DNA of 64,000 nucleotides from Eledone cirrhosa (GCA_964016885.1 OZ024757.1:16182001-16246000), one strand, 5' to 3'; shown: positions 14,308 to 28,896, counted from the stretch's first letter. Notes: generated by a model from the letters alone, not told the origin. Numbers and translations are program-made.

Positions 14308-15575
14308 GGTTGTTGTTGTTGATGGTAGTGATGGTAGTTGTAGTAGAGGAGGGCCATGGTGGTGTTGGTCATGTTGGTGGTATCGGTGCTTGTGGTATTG
14401 TTGTTGGTGGTCGTTGTGGACATGTTGGTGGTATCGGTGGTTCGAGTTGTTGGTGGTGGTGGTGGTGATGTTGGTGGTGGTGGTATTGGTGGTTCTTGTT
14501 GGTGGTGGTGGTGGTATTGGTAGTTCTTGTTGTTGGTGGTGGTGGTTCTTGTTGGTGGTGGTGGTGGTGGTGGTTGTTGTTGTTGGTGGTGGTGTTGGTG
14601 TTGGTGGTGGTGGTGGTGGTAGTTGTTGGTGGTGGTGGTGGTTGTTGATGGTGGTAGTGGTATTGGTGGTTGTTGTTGGTGGTGGTGGTGGTTGTTGATG
14701 GTGGTAGTGGTATTAGTGGTTGTTGTTGGTGGTTGGTGGTGGTGGTGGTGATAGTATTGGTGGTTGTTGGTGTTGGTTGGTGGTGGTGGTGGTGATAGTA
14801 TTGGTGGTTGTTGGTGGTGGTGGTTGTTGTTGGTGGTGGTGGTATTGGTGGTTGTTGTTGTTGGTGGTGGTATTGGTGGTTGTGGTGGTGATAGTATTGG
14901 TGGTTGTTGGTGGTGGTGGTATTGGTGGTTGATGTTGGTGATGGTATTGGTGGTTGGTGGTGGTGATGGTATTGGTGGTTGTTGTTGGTGGTGGTTGTTG
15001 TTGTTGGTGGTGGTGATGGTATTGGTGGTTGTTGTTGGTGGTGGTGGTATTGGTGGTTGTAGTGGTGATAGTATTGGTGGTTGTTGGTGGTGGTATTGGT
15101 GGTTGTGGTATTGGTGGTTGATGTTGGTGGTGGTTGTTGGTGGTGGTGGTGGTGGTGGTTGTTGATGATGGTGGTAGTGGTATTGGTGGTTGTTGTTGTT
15201 GGTGGTGGTGGTGGTGGTGGTTGTTGGTGGTGGTGGTGGTGGTGGTTGTTGATGGTGGTAGTGGTATTGGTGGTTGTTGTTGTTGGTGGTAGTGGTAGTT
15301 GTTGTTGGTGGTTGTTGTGGTGGTGGTCGTTGGTGGTGGTGGTGGTGGTGATGGTATTTGTGGTTGTTGGTGGTGGTGGTATTGGTTGTTGTTGGTGGTG
15401 TTGGTGGTGTTGGTGGTATTTGTGGTTGTTGGTGGTGGTGGTATTGGTTGTTGGTGGTGGTGGTATTTGTGGTTGTTGTTGTTGGTGGTGGTATTGGTTG
15501 TTGTTGTTGTTGGTGGTGGTATTGGTTGTTGTTGGTGGTGGTGGTATTGGTGGTTGTTGTTTTTGTTGTTGTTTT
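14308..15575. repeat. (GGT/TGT)n compound trinucleotide satellite
   Basis: Directly visible. Confidence 0.95.
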
Positions 15576-15944
15576 AAAGAACAATGCGGAGACTTGGGAT
15601 TTTCCAGTAATAATAATATATTTATGTTTTGGTAAATATTTGCTGACAAGCTTCATAGATATTCTCTCTCCCTCCCCCCCCTCCTGCTATCTCACCTGGT
15701 GATCGTTCATATACTGGGATTTGTGATTACATACACACATACATACATACATACATACATACATACATACACGCACACATATTGACATATGCACACACTG
15801 ACACGCGTATTCACATAAACGCTTATTCAAGGGCAGAATGAATGTTCAGAAACTGACTGATCTTCGTCGATAACGACGGACGATTTACAAATCACTATGT
15901 GTATGAGCATAAATATGAATAGCAATGTGGACCTCCTCCTCTCT

Positions 15945-15947
15945 CTA

Positions 15948-15992
<45 letters not shown>

Positions 15993-16045
15993 TGTATATA
16001 CACTACATATATGTATATATTTATATCCATATACACACACACATG

Positions 16046-16076
<31 letters not shown>

Positions 16077-16135
16077 ATATACATGATATATATATATTTA
16101 TATCCATATACACACATGATATATATATATATTAT

Positions 16136-16187
<52 letters not shown>

Positions 16188-16254
16188 ATTATATATATAT
16201 ATTATATATATATATATATATATTATATTATATATATATATATATATATTATAT

Positions 16255-16286
<32 letters not shown>

Positions 16287-16471
16287 ATTATATATATATA
16301 TACATGATATATATATATGTATATATTTATATACACACACACATATATATATATATATATATGATATATATATATATATATATATTTATATACACACACA
16401 TATATATATATATATATATATGATATATATATATATATTTATATACACACACACATATATATATATATATA

Positions 16472-16528
<57 letters not shown>

Positions 16529-16841
16529 TGTATATAATTCAATATATAACGATATATATTACATTAACAAATATTGCATCATATAGTATATATCATTTAT
16601 ATGAAAAACGTGAACATGTGTGTGTGTGCGTGTTATGAACATGTGTATATATGTGTGTGGAAGTGTGCGTATGTATGTGTATATATGTATGCGTATATAT
16701 GTATGCGTATATATGTATGCGTATATATGTATGTGGTTTCTGTGTGGTTTCTGCATGAATTTACTTATTTCCAACGTTACCTCATGAATTTCTTTCTATG
16801 TTGAATGAATATAACTCTAATGAGGATATTAGCTTCGTGAC

Positions 16842-16894
<53 letters not shown>

Positions 16895-16951
16895 TATACA
16901 TATTTTATATATATATATATATATAGCTTCGTGACGTGTATATATATATAT

Positions 16952-17001
<50 letters not shown>

Positions 17002-17412
17002 ACATATATACATACATATAATTATATATATATATATACATATATCCATATATATTTATATATATATATATACATATATACATACATATATTTATATATA
17101 TATATACATATATACATACATATATTTATATATATATATATATATACATACATATATTTATATATATATATACATATATACATACATATATTTATATATA
17201 TATATATACATATATACATACATATAATTATATATATATATACATATATACATACATATATTTATATATATATATACATACATATATTTATATATATATA
17301 TACATATATACATACATATATTTATATATATATATACACATACACATACATATATTTATATATATATATACACATACATGTGTGTATATAAGCATATATA
17401 AATATAGGTATA

Positions 17413-17444
<32 letters not shown>

Positions 17445-17536
17445 CATATTTTATATATATATACATATATTTATATATATATATATATATAAGAAAGTTA
17501 TACATGTGTATGTGTATATAAGCATATATAGATAGA

Positions 17537-17575
<39 letters not shown>

Positions 17576-17580
17576 ATATA
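15945..17580. repeat. (TA)n-dominated microsatellite field
   Basis: Directly visible. Confidence 0.9.
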
Positions 17581-17695
17581 GATGTCTGTGTGTCACTAAA
17601 TTGTCTTTATGTTACTGGCTCTCAATATCTCTGCCATTCTGCATCCATCCATCAACGTGATATATATATATACGTATGCACATATAATCATACAT

Positions 17696-17743
<48 letters not shown>

Positions 17744-17845
17744 ACATGCCTTTTTGTGCTGATGTATGCGTGTATGAATTTCAGCAGAATGTAACAGCAA
17801 TATATTCCAACTTACCCAGAAACCAGCACATGCAGAGAATTGTCA

Positions 17846-17884
<39 letters not shown>

Positions 17885-18051
17885 TATTTAAATATATTTA
17901 TATATATATATATATATATATATAATGTATATATAAAACAAATATCACCTGGAAAATATCGTGTTGATTGATGGATGCAGAAACGAAGAGATAGAGATAC
18001 TGAAGGACAAGTAAATAAAGAAATATATACATATATTATATATATATAATA

Positions 18052-18124
18052 CAGGGTGTCCCCAAAAATGTATACAAGAAGGCTCTTGAAGAGTGTATAC
18101 ATTTGGGGGGGGGGAGACACCCTG
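18052..18124. mobile_element. Tiny Tc1/mariner-type MITE
   Basis: TA|CAGGGTGTCCCCAAAAATGTATAC ... GTATACATTTG(G)nAGACACCCTG terminal inverted repeats. Confidence 0.7.
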
Positions 18125-18459
18125 TGTGTGTATATATGTGTGTGTGTATATATATATATATATTTATATGTATGTATATAAACATAGACCTATAGATATA
18201 GTTATATAGACACACACATATATATGTATATATATATAAATGAAAGGTATAGAAAATATTGTAGCAAAAAGCCAACAGTATTCCATAATGTATATATATA
18301 TATACATATATAAATATATACATACATATATAAATATATACATACATATATAAATATATACATACATACATATGTACATGCTCATAGATACATACATACA
18401 CACGTGTATACATGCTTAGATGCACACACCTACAAATACACACACAAACACACATATTG

Positions 18460-18690
18460 GCAACAAACGTTCCCCAACGTAATTGTGCAAAGACCTATTC
18501 CCCAATGTACGAGAACGTCTTTTGTCCAGAAAAGAATAACCGCCATGTTTTACAGTGGCCATTGTGCAGTAGCTGGGTTTCAATGGAGCCACCAGATCTG
18601 ATATGGAAATTTTCTTCCGTGGATTTTATTGAAAGAAATCCATTGAAATCCAAGGATTGCGTAAACTACCGAATCACATGACCAATCGAA
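18460..18690 (+). pseudogene. Possible highly degraded Tc1/mariner-superfamily transposase fragment
   Basis: Fragments read like (R)SPDL..EFF.....LKSK..VN.P across frames; weak. Confidence 0.3.
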
Positions 18691-18949
18691 TTCACCATAT
18701 TCTAGCGTTTGTTGCACGACTTCTATATTTTGTTTGTTCTTTGCTTATTTGCTTCTTTGTTCTAGTATTTTTCTCTATCTCTAACTGTCTCACATTTTCT
18801 TTTCCTCTCTACGCCTGTCCCTACTCCGCTCCTTTTCTCTCTCTTTGTGTATATATATATATATTTATGTATAGTTACCTGAATGTTGTTTTTCATACAG
18901 TATTATGTATGTATATATGTGTGTGACTGTGTGTGTGTGTTTGTGTCAC

Positions 18950-19140
18950 GGCGCGCGGCTGAGTGCTTAGAGAATTGGATTCCCAAATGTGGGGTTGTGA
19001 GTTCGATTCCCAGACCGGGCGATGCATTATGCTCTTGAGCAAGACACTTTATTTCACGTTGCTTCTTCTGGTTGGATTTGCGACACAGTATTAGTAAAAG
19101 ACCAATGGAAAGACCGATTCGTTAAGCTAATGAGATCTTG
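18950..19140 (+). mobile_element. tRNA-derived CORE-type SINE (family 2)
   Basis: A box ggctgagtgcttag, B box gagttcgattcc, CORE-like cttgagcaagacactttatttcac, tail with aagaccaatggaaa. Confidence 0.75.
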
Positions 19141-20245
19141 TATCTTGTGGATGGATATATATATATATATATATATATATGGTGCTATTAAGTTAGACAT
19201 GGCCTGGGCCAATACTGTCCGAAAGTTATCAAAGTTATATATAGGAGCCATCGTTCTCTCGAATTTCAATATCCTAACTTATTATAATATCTTATACGGC
19301 GAAACCGCAGCCGGCACATCTGAAGTAAGTTGAGTAGAATACTTGGTTTTTTTCCACATACATTTATATATATAAACAAAATTAACTCGAACATCGAGTT
19401 TTGAGAGCTAGGAAAATGAGAAAACTCGACGTAAGGAAGCGGCTAAAACAACAAAATACCCTAGAAGTGGCTTTGAGTAAAACGTTACCTCAAAGGATAG
19501 AAATTAGTGGCTAGAGTGAGTTGGCTCGAGGAATTGATAGGAAGAAATAGAATGGATGAGAGGGCATCACAAAAATGTAAATACACTCATCAGCTTTAAA
19601 ACCACCTGCAGTTTCAATGATCTAACTACAAGTACTGCGTAACAGCGGAGAAATAAATATCTGTTGGGACAGGTCAGAGAGAAAGAATATATAAGTTGCA
19701 ATTATATAAATACAAAGTGTATAACCAAGACTGCACTAATATGTAGGCATGTAAATATGCAAGAAAATACGAATTTCCCCGTAAATTGAAAAAATTGTAA
19801 ACATTTTTAATGGATTGTCTGATCTCATTGCACCCTCGTATATCATCCAATCACCCACAAAGAAACATGTAGCTGATGGCAATATCTATATATACTGTGT
19901 GTATATAGATTTTACCATAGCCATACGTCACTCTCTCTCACTCTTGACCCACTCACCGCCACTCTCTCCTATATAAAATAATCAATACTGCTTTGTAGAG
20001 TCAGCGAAACTTCGAACTAAATAGTCAGCACAACTACTTCTAACAATGATAAATATATATATACATACACACAAACACACATATATGTATGTATATAAAT
20101 ATATATATATATGTTTGAGAATAAAGGGGCTGTGTAGTTGGTGGATAAGGAATACTTATAAAAGAGGAAAGAAAGAACGGGAGAAAATTTTCCTTCATCA
20201 GTTGTCTGCTGGGGTCTAGGACATTTCAACGCATTAAAGACAATA

Positions 20246-20282
<37 letters not shown>

Positions 20283-20389
20283 CATTATGTATATGAAATG
20301 CAGTCGTCGCAAGTAAATGACTATAACAGTTGGATTACTCTAAATAGCTGAGAATATCGTATAAGATACCACAGGAGACGGTCAAAGAC

Positions 20390-20700
20390 TGTACAGAGTC
20401 TCTGGACAATGGTGCTTGACGGAGATGCTTGGCTGCGGCGCTGGACAGAAGCGCTTGACAGAAGCGCTTGACAAAAGGCGCAGGACAGAAGCGCTTCAGC
20501 GAGATGCTGGACAGAAGCAGAAGTGCTTGACAAAGACTCTGGACAGAAGCAGAAGCGCTTGACAAAGGCTCTGGACAGAAACAGAAGCGCTTGACAAAGG
20601 CGCTGGACAGGACCGCTTCAACGAGACGCTGGACAGGACCGCTTCAACGAAACGCTGGTCAGAATTGCTTGAGCGAGACGCTGGACAGAGGCGCCTGTCG
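20390..20700. repeat. GC-rich degenerate minisatellite (ctggacagaagcgcttgacaaaggcg)
   Basis: About 10 degenerate units visible. Confidence 0.8.
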
Positions 20701-21420
20701 CGAGTGATATATTTTCTTTCAGTCAGGAAAATATAGCATAAAAAAGCCGGCAGTGTTATGCCGAGTTTTTGACCAACAGTAGATCGATAAGTTCTGAACG
20801 TAAATAAATCTCAATGAAGTGAAATGTTTTGTTCTGTTTTTTTGTTTGGCGTTATTTTTTCTAATTCTGTTTTGTGTAGGGTGTTGAGGTTATAAACATG
20901 AATGAACAAAGTGTGTTAAGTTAAAGTGTGAACAGTTATAGTGAGTGACGTTAGAACATGAATGAATAACAAAGAGGAAAGTCTGGTGTCAATGGAAACC
21001 AGATTCATGCTCATTGATGAAACAAGTGTTGCTTTGTTATAGAAGTATTTATGGTTAAATACTCACTTAAACGTAAGTACTTTTTAGTAACCAAGGCTGT
21101 AAATGGCGTCGCTACTTCACATTAATCAATCATTATTGATCCGGTGGCATAAAATTATTCAGTTTATATATTTATAATCGATAGGGTGGTGAATTGGCGA
21201 TATTTTTACAGCGTTCCATTCCGTCTTTCTTCTTCCTGTTCTTTATCTTTTCTAAGTTTAAATCCTGTTGAGGTCAAGTTTGGCTTCTTTCATCCTTTTT
21301 GGATCGATACGTTAAAGTCCAAGTTGGGGTTTCGTGGATTAACTGAACTGTAAGCGAGTTGGATCAGTTGCCTTGTGATATATATATGATCCGAGGTTCA
21401 AATCAGGCTATTTAGTAGAT

Positions 21421-21727
21421 GGCTTTAAACTGGCTGATCAACCTCACTATTCTCCTGATTTGGGCCCCATCTGACTATCATCTGTTCCTCAACATGAAAA
21501 AACACCTGACTGGGAACCAGTATCGCAGTGATGATGACGTCATATCTGCGGTTGATGACCTTTTGAGGACAGGATGAATCTTCTTCACTAAGGGGATTCA
21601 AGCACTGCAACACCGATGGAATAAGTGTATGGACTGCAAGAGGGGACTATGTCGAAAACTAAACCTCATTTGTTGTTTCCATGAAAGTATCTTGGTTAAC
21701 CTACGAACCTTTCAGTCGATCCTCGTA
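21421..21727 (+). pseudogene. Mariner transposase C-terminal remnant with 3' TIR
   Basis: GFKLADQPHYSPDL/APSDYHLFLNMKKHLTGNQYRSDDDVISAVDD...GIQALQHRWNKCMDCK/GDYVEN* (mariner YSPDLAPSD motif) followed by TIR ...ttcagtcgatcctcgTA. Confidence 0.9.
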
Positions 21728-21935
21728 CATTGTTTTTATTTCGGGGACTATGTTGATATATTAAACCTCCTTTAGTCACATTCCATGAGAGTATCTTGGT
21801 CAACCTATGAATGTTTCAGCCGATACTCCTATCAGGACAACTTTGCTTTTCTTCTTTTCCAGGTCCATAAAATAATGCACCAGTTCTCTATATTGGATAG
21901 GCAGGATAGTTTGAGCAGTGGATCACTTGAACCAC

Positions 21936-22275
21936 GATATTTGTTGTGAGGTTCAAATCAGGATGTTTACTGAGGAAGAGGCCATTTGTAAGTATAATTT
22001 TGCCATACATCCATACTAGGTTGATATTTGTTGTGAAGTTCAAATCAGGATGTTTACTGAGGAAGAGGCCATTTGTAAGTATAATTTTGCCATACATCCA
22101 TACTAGGTTGATATTTTTTGTGAGGTTCAAATCAGGATGTTTACTGAGGAAGAGGCCATTTGTAAGTATAATTTTGCCATACATCCATACTAGATTAATA
22201 TTTGTTGTGAGGTTCAAATCAAGATGTTTACTGGGGAAGAGGTCATTTGTAAGGATAACTTTGCCTTGCATCAAT
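21936..22275. repeat. 87-bp tandem repeat (about 3.9 copies) carrying a B-box-like GGTTCAAATC
   Basis: Units start at 21936, 22023, 22110, 22197. Confidence 0.9.
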
Positions 22276-22824
22276 ACTCGGTCGATAAAGATGTAACAAA
22301 ATATATGAAAAAGATGTGGAGTAATCAACAAACCCGTTTCTAATTAAAAAAAAAAAAATCTACCATTTTTAGTGACGTTAAAAAATATTTCAAAATTTGT
22401 AAATAAAATATAAAATGACTTTACACGAATTGCTCCTTTTACAGGCCACCATGAAAAGGATCGTAGTTTTTTTTTTTACTATAATCTTTCTCGATGTTCT
22501 CATTATGCTGATTAACATATTCTCAATAATGAACCACTTCATTTGATTCTTATAAACTTTTTATTCTCATCTTTGTAAATACTGTATCATACGTTCGGTT
22601 TTTTTTTTTCCTTTTATGCTCCTAGATTTATACACGGCTACTGAAATAAATGAAACTAAAATAAAATAAAATAAAAGTAAATAGATAAATAAAGTACCAG
22701 TTCTGGATAGTAGAAATAAAGTGTCTTGCTCAAGCACACAACGTATCACTTGGTCTAGGAATCTAACTCACAATCACCCGATTGTAAGTCCAATGCTCTT
22801 CTTACCACTAAGCCACTAACTCTA

Positions 22825-23959
22825 CCATAACCACCACCACCACTATCACCACTACCACTACCACCACCATAACCACCACAACCACCACCATAACCACCAC
22901 TACCACCACTACCACCACCATAACTAGCACCCCCAACACCATTACCACCACCACCATCACTATTACCATAACCACCACCATAACCATTACCACCACCATG
23001 ACTACAACGCCCAACTACCATAACCACCACCACTAACAACATCACCACCACCACCACTAACAACATCACCACCACCATAACAATTACCATTACCATGACT
23101 ACCGCCGTCAACCACCATAACAATTACCCCCCCCCCATATCCACCACCACCACCACCACCATCATAACCACTAATACCACAACCATAACCACCACCACCA
23201 TAACCATCACCACCACTACTACTATCACCACTAGCATAACCACCACCATCATAACCACCAATACCACACCATGACGGCCACCTCCACCACCACCATCATA
23301 ACCACCACCACTATCCCCACCACCACTATCCCCACCACCACAACTATAACCACTACCACCACCACCACTACCATAACCACCACAACTATCCCCACCACCA
23401 TAACCACCACCACCACAACTATAACCACCACCACCATAACCACAACCATAACCACCACCAATATCCCCACTAACATTACCACCACCACAACTATAACCAC
23501 CACCATAACCACTTCTAGCTCATCATCATTATCATTATCATCATCATCATGTGTAGCAAAAGTATTGTTACCGCCATCACGATTGTTATGATTGCAGCGC
23601 CACCTGTTATTTTATTATAGCCTTTAATACTAAGTAAATATTCTTGCAGTATTCCTTATCAATTGGCAATAACCAATCAATAGATAAACTGAGATACTTA
23701 AGAGACCCCTAGTGAGCGTTATTGAAAAAAAAAACATTTGTTAAGAAAACATAACCCGCAGCAAATACGAGAAATGCTACTGGCCAAGAACAATTGTAAG
23801 GGTGGGGGTAGTGGGGAGGGGGTGATGGTGGCAGTGGTGGTGGTAGTGGTAGTGGTGTTGGTGGTGTTGGTAGTAGTAGTAGTAGTGGTGGTGGTGGTGG
23901 TAGTGGTAGTGGTAGTGGTGGTGGTGGTGGTAGTGGTGGTGGTAGCGGTGGTGGTGTTG

Positions 23960-23991
<32 letters not shown>

Positions 23992-24044
23992 GGGCATTAG
24001 TAGTAGTAGTGGTGGTAGTAGTGATGGTAGTAGTAGTAGTAGTG

Positions 24045-24086
<42 letters not shown>

Positions 24087-24475
24087 ATAGTAGTAGTGGC
24101 AGTAGTAGTAGCAGTAGTAGTAGTGGCAGTAGTAGTAGTGGCAGTAGTAGTAGTAGTGGCAGTAGTAGTAGTAGTGGCAGTAGTAGTAGTAGTGGCAGTA
24201 GTAGTAGTAGTGGCAGTAGTAGTAGTAGTGGCAGCAGTAGTAGTAGTAGTATTATTGGTGGTGATGATGTTGATGGTCGTCGGGGTATTGGTGGCAGTGG
24301 TGGCGGTGATGGTGGTGGTGCCGTGTGGTGTTTTGGTGGTGGTGTAGTGTGCTGCTCTGGTTGTAGAGGTAGTGGTGTCGTGTTCTGGTGGTTGTTGTTG
24401 TGGAGTTCTGGTAGTAGTGTTGTTGGTGTGGTGTGGTGTGGTGTTGGTTGGTGTGGTGTTATGGTGGTAGTGGAA
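22825..24475. repeat. (CAC/CAT)n block and complementary (GGT/AGT)n block flanking a unique island
   Basis: 22825-23550 is C-rich, 23810-24475 is G-rich. Confidence 0.9.
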
Positions 24476-24579
24476 AAGGAATGATACGGTTTTGATGTGA
24501 ATAAGTGTTAGACTTAGTACTAAACTTTCTTGCTTAGTTACTATCTGATCAATTAAAGGTTGCCTTCCCTCTCCCTCTC

Positions 24580-24622
<43 letters not shown>

Positions 24623-25073
24623 GACTCGCTCTCTTTCTTTCTCTCCTTCCTTCCGCGTACACACAAACACACACACACATATATATGTCTGCAAGCGTGT
24701 GTATGCGTGCATGAGTGTGTGTGTGTGTGCATGCGTGTATTTGAAATATTTTATGTGTACTTAACCACGAAAACCCTTGATCATCATATCACTGGTCTAG
24801 CAGCTTCACAGATATGATAAAATACACAACATTCTATTCATGTATTGCCTTGTTTCTCTAGTTTACACAACCATTCCCTTGGCATTTATTGTTGCTAGTA
24901 TTTGTCTAATATTTCGGGCAAACACGCTCTCTTCAAGGATTGTTCGCGGATATTCCCCTCTAAATCGTACTGAAGCAAAGACTTCGTTTCTTCCATCATC
25001 AAATGAGTAAGAGACTACCACAAACAATTCGATTTGTGTTCCTGTGTGCAAATGCATCTTCGATAAATTCCTA

Positions 25074-25132
<59 letters not shown>

Positions 25133-25189
25133 TGCGCACGTGTGTGTAAGTGTAGTGAAAGTGTCAAGAATAAAGATGGTCTTTCTCTA

Positions 25190-25223
<34 letters not shown>

Positions 25224-25497
25224 AATATAGCTGAAATCTATTGTTTCGTACACACGATAATTTATTTGCAACCAATGGTTTCATAAGTAGACACAGCTTG
25301 TATGTTAGTCATATCAACATTACGAAGACCTAAAGTGTCTCCCTCACAAAACAACTGAATATATAGCGGAACAGCCTGCTCGTGAAATTATTTTACAAGT
25401 GGCTGAGCATTACCCAGATACGTGAACCCATAATGAAGTTCTCAGGGAGATTCCACGTGATACAGTGTGTGATAAAGTTGGTTCTTCGCATTACAGG

Positions 25498-25688
25498 TAC
25501 GAGGATCGGCTGAAAGGCTCATAGGCTTACTATGAAGGAATGATGTTAGGGCTGTGAAATCTTGCTTGCGTTAATTTCAACTCATGACTGCATTGTTTCT
25601 TTCCAGAGACAATGTTGAAAAATAAACCTCATTTGATCATTCCACGAGAGTATGTTGGTCAGCCTATGAAGTTTGAAAGTGACCCATA
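25498..25688 (+). mobile_element. Mariner-derived MITE, near complete
   Basis: TACGAGGATCGGCTGAAAGGCTCATAGGCT ... GTCAGCCTATGAAGTTT TIRs; internal sequence matches the 3' end of the transposase remnant. Confidence 0.85.
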
Positions 25689-25705
25689 TATATATTTATA
25701 TATAT

Positions 25706-25891
25706 AACGAAGGAGTTGTGGTAAGGAACCAGATGGACCATAACGCACCAGAGTACTCAATACTTAGGGTAGTAGAGTGGGTAATAGGATAAAGTATGAC
25801 CCCGACAGCAGAGCTCAAGCCGTTTCGACGGCTATTTCTGGACTGAAATAGCCGTCGAAACGGCTTGAGCTCTGCCGTCGGGGTCATACTT

Positions 25892-25895
<4 letters not shown>
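25706..25895. mobile_element. Family C palindromic element
   Basis: Long arm plus short inverted arm around tggact; (TA)n on both sides. Confidence 0.85.
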
Positions 25896-25932
<37 letters not shown>

Positions 25933-26919
25933 GGCCACTGCCTTCGGTCGTTTTTCATGGTGTCACACATTTTAACTTATCTTTACTCTGGACGATAAGG
26001 TAGTAACTATTCGCTCCGTTGAGTGTTTGCAATTGTCTCAAACAACACGAATAGTACCTGCTATGTGGCAGCTACAACATCGTTTATACATAATACATCA
26101 CATTTATTTTTTCGCAGCTTAAGTGGCCTAGTGCAACGTGAAATAAGATGTCTTGGTGAAGAGCACAACACGCCACAGGGAATCGAAATCACGACCTCAC
26201 TATTGTGAGCCGAACAACCTAACTACTAAGCCAAGTCTCTTCACATAACTATTTTTAAATGGACAGACACGCTTCATTTATATGTATTACCCATAAACGA
26301 AGTTCTAATTAGCTAATTAAGCTGCGGCGCTGGACGTCTAATGAACACACGATTCGTTTTAATAAAGCAGAGTTAATTTATACCTGATGCTCAACAAGAG
26401 GAAAATACAACAACAGACATGAAGGATCCCAGTCAGTTTCAACGATGAGCATTCATTTGTTTGTTCACCTGAAGATCTGACTCGTACATTAATCTGCAAG
26501 TGGTGACGTATTCCACAGACACGTGTATCCTTAACGAAATCTACAAGCTGAATCAGCAAGGCCCTATTTGACAAAGCAGGCCCTTACAATTAGAGGTACA
26601 GACCATTTTGTAATATAATGTAAGTGGCTGAGCATTCCACAAACACGTGTACCGTTAATGTAATTCACAAGCCTAATCAGTGTGACACAATACATGGCAA
26701 GGCCGGCCTATAGGATTACAGGGACGGTCCATCAAAGAGAAGGCTTCCAGACAGTTTCCGTCTACCAAATTTTACTAAAATCGTTTAAGTTAACCTGAGG
26801 CTTTTGAACCACGACAGTCGATAAAGATGCTACTCAAGGGAATCGAACCCGGGCCCTCGTGGTTGTGAAATCATGAATGTAGCCACTACAGACATGAAAG
26901 ATACGTGACAGTTATTGAA

Positions 26920-27055
26920 ACAGAGAGTGAGAGAGATGGAAAAAGTGAGAGAGAGAAGGAAAGAGAATGAGAGAGAGAGAGAAGGAAAGAGAATGAGAGA
27001 GAGAGAGAAGGAAAGAGAATGAGAGAGAAGGAAAGAGAATGAGAGAGAGAGAGAA

Positions 27056-27093
<38 letters not shown>

Positions 27094-27310
27094 AAAGAGA
27101 ATGAGAGAGAGAAGGAAAGAGAATGAGAGAGAGAAGGAAAGAGAATGAGAGAGAGAAGGAAAGAGAAGGAAAGAGAGAGAAGGAAAGAGAGAGAAGGAAA
27201 GAGAATGAAAGTGAATGAAAGAGAATGAGAGAGAGAATGAAAGAGAGAGAGAGAAGGAAAGAGAATGAACGAGAATGAGAGTGAGAGAGAAGGAAAGAGA
27301 ATAAGAGAGC
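26920..27310. repeat. GA-rich minisatellite (gagaaggaaagagaat)
   Basis: Directly visible. Confidence 0.9.
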
Positions 27311-27645
27311 GAGAAAGCTAGTTTAACTACTTGTTAATCGGTGTAGATGTGGTGGCGGTGATGATGTTAACGAGTATAATTAAGATACAGGTGGTAATGG
27401 TTGGGATTGTGTTTGACGAACACACACATACACATATATATAGAATATAGCATTAATAGACACAGCACGCATACACACACACACATATATATACATCATA
27501 TAGAATATAACACACACATACACATATATACATCATATAGAATATAGCGTTATTAGACACAGCACGCTTACATACACGCACACACACACACATATATATA
27601 TATATCATATAGAAAATAAGATTAGTAGACACTGCACGCACACAT

Positions 27646-27695
<50 letters not shown>

Positions 27696-27971
27696 TAGAA
27701 AATAGCATTATTAGACATAACACATACAAACACATACACATGTTACATAGAATACTACACATACACATGCTACATAGAATACTACACATACACATGTTAC
27801 ATAGAATACTACACATACACATGTTACACAGTACAATAGAAACGATAAACTAAAAACAAAACTTTGCCGAGAGCGCCACCTGGTGCTACACAGTTGTACT
27901 GTAAAAGCACGCACTGGAAATCTAATGAATAACAACAGGAATGATTATTATCATCATCATCATCATCATCA

Positions 27972-28135
27972 AGGGCGGTGGATTGGCAGTATCGGTAGAG
28001 GGTCGGACGCCATGCTTTCCAGCATAGTTACGCCTAGGTTGACTTTGCATTTCATCCTTACGGGGTCGATAAAATAAAGTACCAGTAATGCACTGTGTAA
28101 TATGTGGCCTTGTGCCTAAAGTAGAAACAATTATC
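27972..28135 (+). mobile_element. SINE family 1 copy with internal deletion
   Basis: Consensus match lacking the B-box segment. Confidence 0.85.
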
Positions 28136-28198
28136 ATCATCATCGTCATCATCTTTGCTGTTATAATCCAATAAAATGAAACAATACAACTCAATATA

Positions 28199-28720
28199 TC
28201 CGAGGGTAAGCTGAAAAACCCATAAACTGATTATGAAGGATTGATGCTAGAGCTGTGGAATCTTGCATGCATCGATTTCACCTCTTCTTATTAATAACTG
28301 CATTGTTTCTTTCCAGAGACAATGTTGAAAAATAAACCTCATTTGGTCATTCCATGAGAGTATCTTGGTAAGTCTATGAAGGATTGATGCTAGAGCTGTG
28401 AAATCTTGCATGCATTAATTTCACCGTTTCTTCTTAATAACTGCATTGTTTCTTTCCAGGGACAGGTAAGTCTATGAAGGATTGATGCTAGATCTGTGAA
28501 ATCTTGCATGCATTAATTTCACCGTTTCTTCTTAATAACTGCATTGTTTCTTTCCAGGGACAGGTAAGTCTATGAAGGATTGATGCTAGAGCTGTGAAAT
28601 CGTGCATGCATTAATTTCACCTCTTCTTATTAATAACGTGCATTGTTTATTTCCAGAGACGATGTTGGAAAATAAACCCCATTTGGTCATTCCATGAGAG
28701 TATCTTCGTAAGTCTATGAA
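28199..28720 (+). mobile_element. Mariner MITE with 98-bp tandem internal duplications
   Basis: ggtaagtctatgaaggattgatgc restarts at 28367, 28465, 28563. Confidence 0.85.
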
Positions 28721-28896
28721 GACGGTTCACAGCGAAACATAAGATATACGGAGAATAGAGTGGTTGTGTAGTTGCTAGTTAAGGTAGGCTTAAATATAAG
28801 AATAATAAGTACACACACACACACATATATATATGAATTATTTTTTTAATAAGTTTCCAGTGTACTCGCTATGCCTGGAAACTTACATGAAAATAG

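Noticed and set aside
18950-19020. tRNA gene (also 45985-46060 and family 1 heads)
   Set aside because: A and B boxes run into CORE or SINE body; no proper cloverleaf or acceptor stem
20180-20210. Minus-strand CTGATGA (also at 54863-54869) as complete hammerheads
   Set aside because: No downstream GAAA or stem III; at most 5' half relics
21969-21976. CTGAGGA in the 87-bp repeat as a hammerhead core
   Set aside because: No stem II, GAAA or cleavage triplet follows
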